DNA of 64,000 nucleotides from Candidatus Limnocylindrales bacterium (lineage in GTDB: Bacteria > Moduliflexota > Moduliflexia > Moduliflexales > JAUQPW01): positions 192,568 to 256,567 of the forward strand of contig DATMBG010000022.1 of the NCBI GenBank assembly GCA_035559535.1, written 5' to 3'. The first letter of the stretch is position 1, and every line of letters begins with the position of its first letter. This document shows positions 18,655-27,991 of this stretch, in pieces. A model generated the notes under the pieces. That model did not search any database, was not told the origin of the DNA, and saw only the letters and a list, made by a program, of their open reading frames with translations. The translations under genes were made by a program, and so were the position numbers.

Positions 18655-19083
18655 ATGAGGAGAATGGGTCAAGGAATTCTGTTAGGGATTTTTATGGTAG
18701 GCTTTATCACCATAAATGGATGGGGCCTGGGGAACGCCCTGGGAGCCGATACAGGAACAGAAATCCCGGCGACAAATCCTTTTTCGGGGAATCAAGCCGC
18801 CATCGAGGAAGGTCGCTCCTGGTACCGCTCTATATGCAGTAATTGTCACGGTGGAAGGGCCGATGGAGCAGGAGAGCGTGGGCATGGTGCCGATCTACGG
18901 GTGTTCAACAAGGGATTCCGGAAATTTGTTGAAACCGTAAAGAATGGAAGAGATACCGGTCGTGCCATGAAAATGCCCAGTTGGGGAAAAGTTTTATCTG
19001 ATGATACTATCTATAAAATCGGAGCCTATCTGGAAACACTGGCCCAGGAAGGAGCTAACTGGAAAGAAGGAGTCAAACAGTAA
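18655..19083 (+). CDS. c-type cytochrome (candidate electron acceptor of the PQQ dehydrogenase, XoxG-like)
   Basis: Signal peptide. Single CSNCH haem-binding motif plus a downstream Met (KMPSW). 142 aa. Confidence 0.8.
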   Translation: MRRMGQGILLGIFMVGFITINGWGLGNALGADTGTEIPATNPFSGNQAAIEEGRSWYRSICSNCHGGRADGAGERGHGADLRVFNKGFRKFVETVKNGRDTGRAMKMPSWGKVLSDDTIYKIGAYLETLAQEGANWKEGVKQ

Positions 19084-19357
19084 CCGCCTGTTAACCTCCA
19101 GCAGGGCGGTACCGATCGTCCTACCGGTTCCAGGTAAACAGAGAAAAATCAAAGTTCCGTTCTCGAACCTCCAGGGCTAATAGGAAAATTAACCGACATG
19201 AAAATGGGGGGGGTAAGGCGTTTGCGCTCCCAGGGAATGGGACCAAACTTTTCTACTTTATCCTGCGCATATAGGAACAACCTGGAGCAGTTGAGAAAAC
19301 CCTAAGGAGGAATTAGAGTGAGCGGCGAGGGCCCCCTCGCCGCCTTGAGAAGTGGGA

Positions 19358-21862
19358 TTATTTTGCCGCAGATACCGGAAGATCTCCCAGCGAACCTACA
19401 GAAACTACAGGAAATACGCCCAAAAATTGAGAAGAAGAAGTAAGAATCCACCACTGCCCCGTAGAAGGTCGAAAGATTCCCAGATCGGTCCGTCCATCTC
19501 CATCATAATCTGCCTGAACCGGAAGATCTCCGGGTTGTCCCCATGCCCTTGTCACGATTCTCCTACTTCTAAGAATACCTATCCAGGTTCCTGTGCTGGG
19601 TCTCCAGACGGCTACATTGGCTAATCCATCTCCATCATAATCCCCAGGTACCGGAAAATCTCCCACAGTTCCTAAAACCCTAATGGTAAGCAGATTATTG
19701 CTAGAATTGGTAATAAACCACTGACCGGTGGAAGGTCTAAAAACAGCAATATCCGTCACACCATCTCCATCATAATCAGCCGGAACAGGGATGTCGCCGG
19801 GCATACCCCAAATTGTGGCTCCAAGGCCACCACTTGAGAAAAGGATCCACCATACACTGCCGAGGGGCCTCCAAACAGCACGATCCGTCAAGCCATCCCC
19901 ATCGTAATCTCCAGGAACCGGAAGATCTCCCGCCTGACCCCAGACCTGAATATCCTCACCGGCTGGAAGAAGAACATGCCACTCGCCGGTGGAAGGCCTA
20001 AAGAAGGCAAAATCGGCGGTTCCATCTCCATCGTAATCACCGGGAGTTGGAATATCTCCCGAAGATCCGAAGGAAACCTTTGAGGTCCTGCCGGATACCG
20101 ACCACTCTCCGGTTGTGGGATTCCAGACGGCAATATCATCATTCAACCCCCCATTGAAATTCGCCTTATCTGCCACAGGAACAGCCGGAATCAAAGGTAA
20201 GGTTTGTTGAATAACCCACACACTCCCGAGAGTTCCGGCATAGAGAATAGAAGGAGTTGTTGGATCTACTGCTAAAGCCTGGATACCCAGATTCGTCAAT
20301 CCTGTATTCATCACGCTCCAGTTTCCTCCTCCATCGAGGCTCTTGAACACACCCTCCAAGGTTCCCGCATAGAGAGTCACAGGGGTCACCGGATCGATAG
20401 CCAGGACTCGAACATCCAGATTCGTCAGTCCAGTACTGATACTGCTCCAACTGCCACCCCCATTGATGCTCTTGAAAATACCGTTACCGACGGTACCTGC
20501 ATACAGAGTTGCAGGGGTCGCCGGATCGATAGCCAAAGCCTGAATATTCAGATTCGTCAATCCCGTATTCATCACACTCCAGCTCCCACCCCCATTGATG
20601 CTCTTGAAAATACCGTTACCGGCAGTGCCCGCATACAGAATTGCAGGGGTCGTCGGATCGATAGCCAGAGCCTGAATATTCAGATTCGTCAGCCCGGTAT
20701 TTATTGCCCTCCAGCTTCCCCCCCCATCGGTACTCTTGAAGATCCCCCCACCTGAAGTCCCCGCATAGACCGTGGAAGGAGTCCCAGGATCGATAACAAG
20801 ATCCCGAATATTGAAGGCCGTCAGTATATCAAAGGCCGTCAGTCCGGTATTTATTGCCTTCCAGCTTCCCCCCCCATCGGTACTCTTGAAGATGCCTCCC
20901 GAAGTTCCTGCATAGACCGTGGAGGGATTTGTAGGATCGATAGCCAGATCCCGAATATTGAAGGCCGTCAGTTTGTTATTTACAGGGTTCCAGTTTACCC
21001 CCCCATCGGTACTCTTGAATACCCCACCATCGATAGTCCCTGCATACACCGTGGAAGGGGTTATGGGATCGATGACCAGAGTAAGAACACTCAGATTGGT
21101 CAATCCGGTATTCGCCACACTCCAGCTCCCCCCGCCATTGGTACTCTTGAAGATACCTCCTCCCAAAGTCCCTGCATACAGGATAGAAGAAGTTTTAGGA
21201 TCCACGGCCAGGATATAAACATCCAGGTTGGTCAGTCCAGTATTTACCGTATTCCAGTTTCCTCCTCCATCGGTACTCTTGAATACCCCACCTGAAGTCC
21301 CTGCATAGAGAATGGAGGAAGTTACAGGATCAACGGCCAGGGCTCGAACCTCCAGATTCGTCAACCCCGTATTTGCCACACTCCAGTTTCCTCCTTCATC
21401 GGTACTCTTGAATACCCCACCTGAAGTCCCTGCATAGAGAACGGAGGGAGTCGAGGGATCAACGGCCAGGGCTCGAACTTCCAGATTCGTCAACCCCGTA
21501 TTTGCCACACTCCAGTTTCCTCCTCCATCGGTACTCTTGAATACCCCACCTCCAAAAGTCCCTGCATAGAGAACGGAGGGGGTCGAGGGATCAACGGCCA
21601 GGGCTTTTATGTTTCCACCTTTCGGTCCATTGGTCGTCCATAGGTTAAACCCGGCAAAAGCCCTGTCTACCCCTAGAGAAAATAGAGTCAATAGAATTCC
21701 CACAAAGAGTATCTGGAGGCGGAGATATAAGGATAAAGTTTTTATCCCTGATTTACAAAAACTATAACGAAAGTCGGAAAGTAAATATTTTTTATCTTGC
21801 TTCTCACTGTTATTGCGTAACAGAGAAAGCAGGTTTTTTATAGATTCCCTTGGAGTTTCCAT
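19358..21862 (-). CDS. large membrane-anchored repeat protein: N-terminal TM, about 12 BNR/Asp-box-like repeats (YAGTxGGGVFKSTDGGGNW), C-terminal FG-GAP/VCBS-like repeats (GDYDGDGxTDxAVWRPSTGxW)
   Basis: Repeat consensus read directly from the translation. 834 aa. Confidence 0.8.
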   Translation of the reverse strand: METPRESIKNLLSLLRNNSEKQDKKYLLSDFRYSFCKSGIKTLSLYLRLQILFVGILLTLFSLGVDRAFAGFNLWTTNGPKGGNIKALAVDPSTPSVLYAGTFGGGVFKSTDGGGNWSVANTGLTNLEVRALAVDPSTPSVLYAGTSGGVFKSTDEGGNWSVANTGLTNLEVRALAVDPVTSSILYAGTSGGVFKSTDGGGNWNTVNTGLTNLDVYILAVDPKTSSILYAGTLGGGIFKSTNGGGSWSVANTGLTNLSVLTLVIDPITPSTVYAGTIDGGVFKSTDGGVNWNPVNNKLTAFNIRDLAIDPTNPSTVYAGTSGGIFKSTDGGGSWKAINTGLTAFDILTAFNIRDLVIDPGTPSTVYAGTSGGGIFKSTDGGGSWRAINTGLTNLNIQALAIDPTTPAILYAGTAGNGIFKSINGGGSWSVMNTGLTNLNIQALAIDPATPATLYAGTVGNGIFKSINGGGSWSSISTGLTNLDVRVLAIDPVTPVTLYAGTLEGVFKSLDGGGNWSVMNTGLTNLGIQALAVDPTTPSILYAGTLGSVWVIQQTLPLIPAVPVADKANFNGGLNDDIAVWNPTTGEWSVSGRTSKVSFGSSGDIPTPGDYDGDGTADFAFFRPSTGEWHVLLPAGEDIQVWGQAGDLPVPGDYDGDGLTDRAVWRPLGSVWWILFSSGGLGATIWGMPGDIPVPADYDGDGVTDIAVFRPSTGQWFITNSSNNLLTIRVLGTVGDFPVPGDYDGDGLANVAVWRPSTGTWIGILRSRRIVTRAWGQPGDLPVQADYDGDGRTDLGIFRPSTGQWWILTSSSQFLGVFPVVSVGSLGDLPVSAAK

Positions 21863-22120
21863 CCTGTCTATCCCTCCTCCCCGGCCCTAAACACCCCCCT
21901 TTACGTCTCTTATTTCTGTAGCGTAATGTAATAAAGTAAGTTAATTTTAAAAATGCTTTTTATATCGGAACAAAACCTGTTTTCCCAAGATTAAGAATAA
22001 TCTATCGAATGGTCTTTATAGGGCCGGGTCAAAGTTAAAATTCATGAACCAATTCCCTTGAGATACGCTATTACACTGTTACCTTAATTTTAGCCTCATA
22101 AAGTAGCTTTCACTTCCCAA

Positions 22121-22245
22121 CGCCCCTCTCCCGCAGCGTGGGAGAGGGGAGAAACTCCCCTTCTCCCGCAGTGACGGGAGAAGGGAGTTGGGGGGCTGAG
22201 GGCAGAGCAAAACACTGCTTCAAATCTAACTTTACAAAGTTAGAA
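22121..22245. repeat. GC-rich palindromic repeat element, family B copy 1 (two tandem hairpins built on CTCCCGCAG..GGGAG)
   Basis: cccctctcccgcagcgtgggagagggg and ccccttctcccgcagtgacgggagaagggag hairpins. Shares motifs with the 40125 and 53060 copies. Confidence 0.6.
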
Positions 22246-22523
22246 AAGTAGGAGATTAAAGGACCTAAATTCTGCTATAAATTCCTGCAAGGGTTATACC
22301 GTTTTGAAAAACAAAGGATAAGTCCAGGATGGGGTGAGCCTGCCCATCGGTTAAACCGTGACCCGGTCGATAAGGAAATTAAAAGATACCCAGGATAAAA
22401 CCCTTAAAGTGCATAAAGGACTATCCACAGCCTGTGATATCCCTTTCCTATTGGGGTAGGGCAAAAGGGTGAGGGTTCCCCTATTCGCCTGGACTCTTTA
22501 ACTTCGGCAGGATGTCCTCCGGC

Positions 22524-22967
22524 CTATATTCCCAAAACCATGACGGATATGGTTCTCTCCCTGGCCCGGTCCAATTCTATAAAAAAAATCCGTTGCCAGG
22601 GACCCAATTGAATCTGTCCGTTCACAAGGTTCAGGGTCTCTGAAGCTCGCAGGAGCATGGCTTTACAATGGGAGTGACCATTATCATATTCCTCAGGACC
22701 CATGTTGACCGTTCGGATGGAAAAGTCGTTATGCCGATACACGGCGTCCTGGGGAACTATATTCTCCAGAATCTTTTTCATATCCTCCAGGAGTAAAGGT
22801 TCGTTTTCATTGATCACAATGGCCGTGGTGGTATGTTTGGTTTGTACGTTGACAAAGCCATTTTGAATTTGAGATTTTTCCACCAGCTCGATGATGATGT
22901 CTGTGAGATCTACAAATTGTAAACATTCTTGAGTTTTTAATGGGATTAACTCATGAAAAACTCTCAT
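22524..22967 (-). CDS. YjbQ/UPF0047 family protein (secondary thiamine-phosphate synthase-like)
   Basis: Family-typical GxVNVQTKHTTTAIVINENE and HNDFSIRT, HSHCKAML motifs. 147 aa. Confidence 0.85.
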   Translation of the reverse strand: MRVFHELIPLKTQECLQFVDLTDIIIELVEKSQIQNGFVNVQTKHTTTAIVINENEPLLLEDMKKILENIVPQDAVYRHNDFSIRTVNMGPEEYDNGHSHCKAMLLRASETLNLVNGQIQLGPWQRIFFIELDRARERTISVMVLGI

Positions 22968-23128
22968 AGCTCCCTATTCCCTTTCCTTTCCAGAAGTTCT
23001 TTTAAACCTGGAAGCTTATTCTTTTGAAGGATAAAGTACTTTGTTTAGTAAAGCAATCGGGTGAAAAAATAAACAAAATATGTAATTTATTTGCTTGCCG
23101 GGGGATAAGCTGCAAGGTCTGAACGGTG

Positions 23129-23509
23129 CTAGGCACGGACCGGTTTTACCCAGGATAAAATCCGGGGTGGGTCTTTTTCGGCAATTATGGCAGATTCTGC
23201 AGCCTTTCGCAGGACTTGTTCCAGGGCTTGCAGATATTCGATAAAGCTCTCACGACCCTGATCAGTAAGAAATACCGTAGTACGAGGTTTGGCTCTGACA
23301 AAGGTCTTTTCAATCTTGATGGCACCGGCTTCTTCTAAGGCTTTCAAATGCCGACTCAGGTTGCCGTCGGTAAGTTTACATTCCTCCTTGAGCTCGTTAA
23401 AAGTCAACCCATCTATGGAACCACAAAGGGCTGATACAATGGCTAAACGATTCGGCTCGTGAAAAATTTGTTTTAAGGCTACATAAGGATTATCGTACTT
23501 GGCGGACAT
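23129..23509 (-). CDS. winged-helix transcriptional regulator (ArsR/MarR-like)
   Basis: LTFNELKEECKLTDGNLSRHLKALEEAGAI helix-turn-helix plus wing. Overlaps the upstream membrane-protein gene by 20 nt. Confidence 0.7.
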   Translation of the reverse strand: MSAKYDNPYVALKQIFHEPNRLAIVSALCGSIDGLTFNELKEECKLTDGNLSRHLKALEEAGAIKIEKTFVRAKPRTTVFLTDQGRESFIEYLQALEQVLRKAAESAIIAEKDPPRILSWVKPVRA

Positions 23510-24143
23510 GGTTGTTCTCCTTTATTTTAAAGAAACTACTTAAGGAAGTGGGGGTTGCCCCATCGTAATGCAAAATGATTCCCCCGGCCCATTCCCCGAC
23601 AAAAAAGACCATGGCTGCCGGCCATGGATTTAAAAAAGAATTATGGGGAGTCAGCAGATAAATAGTGCCACAGATAATGTAAAACCAACCCACCTGACAA
23701 ATCTGTTTCGGCAGAACATGGCGTGAGGCCAGGTTGGCCAATCCAAACAAACACATCCATACGCCAAATAAGTATTTATGGAGCCCATCCCTCATTAAGA
23801 TTAAGGTTAGGACTCCTCCCACAAAAAGAGGGGGGAGTACATCAATGGTCGGTTTAAGCCGGCGGATATCCCGCTTCACACAGGGATCAAAAAAGAACCA
23901 GTAAACCAGGGATCCAAAATTTAAAAGAATGGCAAGGACAAAGACAGTTCCCCAGCCAACGGCATGGGCGGTGATGGTTTTCGGAAAATAGTCGGAAGAC
24001 ATAACCGGAGCAGCCAGTAAAGCAAGGGTCCCAGAAATGGCTCGGGCACGCCCCGAATAGCCTTTAAAACGTTGTTTTTCCAATACCTTCTGTTGTAATT
24101 CCTGAACCTGGGCAAGTGCATGGTGAATAGGATTGGTCATCAT
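23490..24143 (-). CDS. polytopic membrane protein of unknown function (co-transcribed with the wHTH regulator)
   Basis: Five to six hydrophobic segments. Start placed at the ATG preceded by GGAGGAAGAAACC, where the longer ORF would begin at 24167. Confidence 0.6.
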   Translation of the reverse strand: MMTNPIHHALAQVQELQQKVLEKQRFKGYSGRARAISGTLALLAAPVMSSDYFPKTITAHAVGWGTVFVLAILLNFGSLVYWFFFDPCVKRDIRRLKPTIDVLPPLFVGGVLTLILMRDGLHKYLFGVWMCLFGLANLASRHVLPKQICQVGWFYIICGTIYLLTPHNSFLNPWPAAMVFFVGEWAGGIILHYDGATPTSLSSFFKIKENNHVRQVR

Positions 24144-24184
24144 GGTTTCTTCCTCCTTTTCTAACAAAATATACTTGACAAATT

Positions 24185-24201
24185 ACTTTGCAATACAAAG
24201 T
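24185..24201. promoter_or_regulatory. perfect palindrome ACTTTGCAATACAAAGT in the divergent intergenic region, adjacent to a TTGACA hexamer (24175-24180); candidate operator
   Basis: Read directly. Lies between the regulator/membrane operon and the VIT-PEP-CTERM/exosortase operon. Confidence 0.3.
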
Positions 24202-24315
24202 TTTTATTTTAAATGTTAAAAAATCACTTGCTTTTCGGAATAGATGCGTTAGGCTGGTCGAATCGTTATTTCAATACACCTTTATTTTTATGCAAAGAAA
24301 AAAGAGAGGGAAAAT

Positions 24316-27069
24316 ATGATCCCATGGACCCAATCCGCAAAGGAAGAATTAGATCGTTATTCCGACCAAATTCGGCGTACGGTGGAATCATCGGGAGCCG
24401 ATCCTTCGATATTTATCACAGACATTTATCGGTACGTTGATGAAGCTATTGCTGCTTCTCACCTTCAGGTGGTAACGGAGGAGGATATCCGGCGAATCTT
24501 ATCCCAGATAGGCTTGCCTGGCTCCGATTCCATGGGATGGAAGAGAGATTTTGAACCTGAAATTCCTGTTCAAACAAATCCTTTCCATTCTGGGACAGAT
24601 CCTGGGACAGAAGTACCGAAGAGTCCAGGGATAAAGTCTTTACAAAGGTCGGATTTTAACCGGATTTACAAGAGGCCATCCGGTCTGTTTATTCTTTTGT
24701 TTGGTGTTGTACTTCCTCTGATAACTCTTGGGGTTGAATTAAGCACCCATCTATGTGCCAACGAATTTTTCGATCCGATTCCGACGACCTGGCATATTCT
24801 TTTGGTCGGGTTTGTGCCCCTTGCGAATCTTTTAGTTTGGCTGGCCGTCTGGAAGGGTAAAACCTCCTATCGACGGAAATTGGGATTAATCAATGGAATT
24901 GCACTGGGTGTGGCATTTTTTTACACACTCCCCTTTATTCCTCTCCTTCCCCTGAGTGTTTTTGCAATTATTTATTTTGGTATAGGATTGTTACCCATGG
25001 CGCCTCTTTTCTCTTTCATTTCAGCCGTCCTTTGTCGCCGTTACCTTCGACAGATGACCCTCGAGGCAACGCCCAGGAAGGTCCCAGGTCTTGGATGGGG
25101 GATTCTTTTAGCTCTCGTAGCTTTTGTGGCCGCCGATTTGCCAATTGTTCTCACCCGAATCGGTATACAGATGGCTGCTTCCCCTTCTTCCGAGATCAGC
25201 CTTCGAGGGATTCGATGGCTCCGGGCCATAGGGGATAAAGACCTTCTACTACAGGCCTGTTATCGGCGCCCTGCAAGGATATCGGATTTCTTCAGTTTTA
25301 TGGTTTCCATGGGAAATCTTCCTACCCCCGAAGAAGTCCGCAAGATTTACTACCGTGTTATGGGGAAGCCCTTTAACGCAGTTCCTCCACCAAAACTTGT
25401 TACCTTTGATCGTTGGAGTTTCTGGGACGAGCTTGATTTTGACCGGGATCAGGGTGGGGCTGTGGTGGGAGAACGGATAAAAGGACTTTCCCTGGTCGGC
25501 TCTCGACTGGATGGATCTTTGGATCCTGATGCCGTTTTGGTTTATACCGAATGGATCCTTATTCTCAAGAACAATTCCAATCGGCAACATGAAGCAAGAG
25601 CTCAAATCGCTCTCCCTCCAGGGGGAGTAGTTTCACGCGTAACGCTCTGGATCAACGGAGAGGAGCAAGAAGCCGCCTTTGGATCGCGAGGGAAGGTGCG
25701 GCAGACCTATGAACAGATCGTTCGACAACGGCGAGATCCTGTTCTCGTTACCACCAGCGGCCCTGATCGTGTCTTAGTCCAGTGTTTTCCTGTACCTCCA
25801 GGCGGAGAGATGAAAGTTCGAATTGGGATTACCGCACCACTTTTGTTGGAAACCAGGGACCGGGGGCTTTTTCGTTTACCTTACTTTTTGGAACGTAACT
25901 TTAGTATCTATGAAGAAGGTTCCCATTCTGTCTGGTTTGAATCGAGAAAGCCCATGGAAACCCTCAGCAAAACTCTTAAATTAGAACATTCCGACAACAA
26001 CCTCTATACCATCCGAGGAACCATGTCGGATCCCGATCTGACAACATCCCAGGCTATTATCCATGTGGGTCGGTCTGGAGAGGTCGTGCAGGCCTGGACC
26101 CCAGATCCTGTAAGCAAAAAGGAACAGATCATTCGTCAGATCATCCAAGAGAGGGAACCTCAGTCTCCGGCCCGGGTTATCCTTGTCGTTGATGGCTCTC
26201 AAGGTATGCAAGGGTTTCTTCCAGAAGTTATCGATGCCCTCTCCGGGCTCCCGGAAGGCATCGAATTGGGTTTGATCTTTGCCTCAGATGACGTTCGTCT
26301 CCTGGCAGGGTCGATACAAAAAGTTACAGCCGAATGGTATAGAACTCTTGCCGATCACCTGAAGAAAGAGAATTTTGAAGGAGGCCAGGATAACATCCCG
26401 GCCCTGATCAAGGGTTGGGACCTTGCAACGGAGCATCCAGATGGTATCATCCTGTGGATTCATGGACCCCAACCCATTCTTTTGCAAACAACAGAAGAAA
26501 TTCGGCAGAGATGGGAAAGACGACCTGACTCCCCTCATCTTTATGAGATCCAGGCCGGAGGTGGACCCAACCGTATCGTTGAGCAACTCGATGGGATCCC
26601 AGCCATAAAATCCATTCCACACCTGGGAAGTTTATCCGATGATTTGAAAAGACTGTTCTCCCCATGGCGTGGTGAGTCAAAAGAATGGGTGTTATTCCGT
26701 GAAAGAGTTACCCGAGAAAGCCTGGACGATTCGATCCCGGGTAAAGAGACCTCTGCCCATCTGGCTCGACTTTGGGCGAAGGATGAAATTCTGAAACGTG
26801 TTGTTTTCAAAGGGAGACCTGAATCTTCGAGTCCGAACCTGATAGAGGAAGCTCTTCAGCTTGCAATCAGCTATCAACTGGTAACTCCCCTTAGTGGAGC
26901 GGTTGTTCTGGAAACCCAGCAGCAATACCAACAAATGAATCTTGAGCCGGTCAAACCGGGTACAGTTCCAACCATCCCTGAACCGGAGACCTGGATGCTC
27001 CTGCTGGTGGTTGCTACGGTCCTGATAGGGGTCTTTTACCGATGGAAGATCTTGCCCGTTAGAGAATAG
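24316..27069 (+). CDS. PEP-CTERM-anchored protein with N-terminal polytopic membrane domain, VIT (vault protein inter-alpha-trypsin) domain and VWA domain; XrtN-system-like exosortase target
   Basis: C-terminus IPEPETWMLLLVVATVLIGVFYRWK is PEP followed by a TM helix and basic tail. A VIT-like block lies around AQIALPPGGVVSRVTLWINGEE...VQCFPVPPGGEMKVRIG. A VWA-like block lies around RVILVVDGSQGM. About six TM helices sit in residues ~120-290. Confidence 0.8.
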   Translation: MIPWTQSAKEELDRYSDQIRRTVESSGADPSIFITDIYRYVDEAIAASHLQVVTEEDIRRILSQIGLPGSDSMGWKRDFEPEIPVQTNPFHSGTDPGTEVPKSPGIKSLQRSDFNRIYKRPSGLFILLFGVVLPLITLGVELSTHLCANEFFDPIPTTWHILLVGFVPLANLLVWLAVWKGKTSYRRKLGLINGIALGVAFFYTLPFIPLLPLSVFAIIYFGIGLLPMAPLFSFISAVLCRRYLRQMTLEATPRKVPGLGWGILLALVAFVAADLPIVLTRIGIQMAASPSSEISLRGIRWLRAIGDKDLLLQACYRRPARISDFFSFMVSMGNLPTPEEVRKIYYRVMGKPFNAVPPPKLVTFDRWSFWDELDFDRDQGGAVVGERIKGLSLVGSRLDGSLDPDAVLVYTEWILILKNNSNRQHEARAQIALPPGGVVSRVTLWINGEEQEAAFGSRGKVRQTYEQIVRQRRDPVLVTTSGPDRVLVQCFPVPPGGEMKVRIGITAPLLLETRDRGLFRLPYFLERNFSIYEEGSHSVWFESRKPMETLSKTLKLEHSDNNLYTIRGTMSDPDLTTSQAIIHVGRSGEVVQAWTPDPVSKKEQIIRQIIQEREPQSPARVILVVDGSQGMQGFLPEVIDALSGLPEGIELGLIFASDDVRLLAGSIQKVTAEWYRTLADHLKKENFEGGQDNIPALIKGWDLATEHPDGIILWIHGPQPILLQTTEEIRQRWERRPDSPHLYEIQAGGGPNRIVEQLDGIPAIKSIPHLGSLSDDLKRLFSPWRGESKEWVLFRERVTRESLDDSIPGKETSAHLARLWAKDEILKRVVFKGRPESSSPNLIEEALQLAISYQLVTPLSGAVVLETQQQYQQMNLEPVKPGTVPTIPEPETWMLLLVVATVLIGVFYRWKILPVRE

Positions 27070-27180
27070 TAGAAGGGTGGGGGTGTGGGAGGGTGGGGGT
27101 AGATGTAAATTCTCCCATACTTTTACGCTCCTTTCTACCCTTCCATACTCCCATACTCCCACACCCTCATACTTCCCTCT
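27070..27180. repeat. heptamer-repeat palindromic element, copy A2
   Basis: gggtgggggtgtgggagggtggggg / center agatgtaaatt / ctcccatac...ccatactcccatactcccacaccctcatac. Sits in the 112-nt gap between the PEP-CTERM gene and the exosortase gene. Confidence 0.7.
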
Positions 27181-27181
27181 G

Positions 27182-27991
27182 ATGAACAACCAGAGTTTCC
27201 TTTTTATTCTCCAGTTTCTTGCCTTTTGGCCGGTTTGGAAATGGTATGTTCTCAGGCTGATAGATTCTCCCCAGGAACTATTTGGCTTAATCGCTTTAGG
27301 TACCGCGGGAGGATTTATTTTATGGAGAAGGCCTGATTTAAGTTCCGCCAAATCCCGTCTGATTTTGCCGGCCGTTTTTGTGCTTCTCTATACGGTGACT
27401 TACCCTTTTCTTCCATTCCTGATAAAGGCTGCTATTGCGCTCGTTGCCATAGGTTGTACCCTAAGTTCCTATCGATGGGGGATATCTTTTCATCCTGGAA
27501 TCTGCGGGCTTCTCCTCCTATCCCTCCCCGTTATCCCCTCTCTACAATTCTACCTGGGATATCCACTCCGTGTGTTAACAGGTATCCTAGCGGTTCCTCT
27601 CCTTCAATTGGGAGGTTTTACCGTAGTTCGAGAAGGAACTTCCTTAAATTGGGATGGTCAACTCATCTTAATTGATGCACCTTGTAGTGGGGTTCGGATG
27701 TTATGGTCGGCCCTTTATCTCACTTTTACCTTGACCTGTTTCTACGGATTTAATACAGGAAAAACCTGTCTGGCCGTTCTTCTCTCATTCCTGGGGATTA
27801 TTGCAGGAAATGCGCTCCGTTCGGCTGCCTTATTCTATCCTGAGGCCCATACCCTTGCTCTCCCCTCCTGGACCCACGAAGGGATTGGGATGGTCGTATT
27901 TTTCTTCACAGCCATTTTTATTGTGGGAGGTATTCGGTGGATTCGAAAAAAATTTCCATTGGTCAAGCGGGTGGTCAAGCGGGACGCTTAA
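27182..27991 (+). CDS. exosortase (small EpsH/Xrt family, XrtN-like)
   Basis: Eight TM helices. Conserved LIDAPCSGVRMLW with the catalytic Cys, and a conserved Arg in AGNALRSAAL. Start trimmed to ATG 27182 because the upstream ORF extension is repeat sequence. Confidence 0.85.
   Translation: MNNQSFLFILQFLAFWPVWKWYVLRLIDSPQELFGLIALGTAGGFILWRRPDLSSAKSRLILPAVFVLLYTVTYPFLPFLIKAAIALVAIGCTLSSYRWGISFHPGICGLLLLSLPVIPSLQFYLGYPLRVLTGILAVPLLQLGGFTVVREGTSLNWDGQLILIDAPCSGVRMLWSALYLTFTLTCFYGFNTGKTCLAVLLSFLGIIAGNALRSAALFYPEAHTLALPSWTHEGIGMVVFFFTAIFIVGGIRWIRKKFPLVKRVVKRDA

Noticed and set aside
27077-27181. ORF-track start of the exosortase at 27077 (MGVWEGGGRCKF...)
   Set aside because: The first 35 codons are repeat element A2. 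The conserved exosortase sequence begins at the internal ATG 27182.
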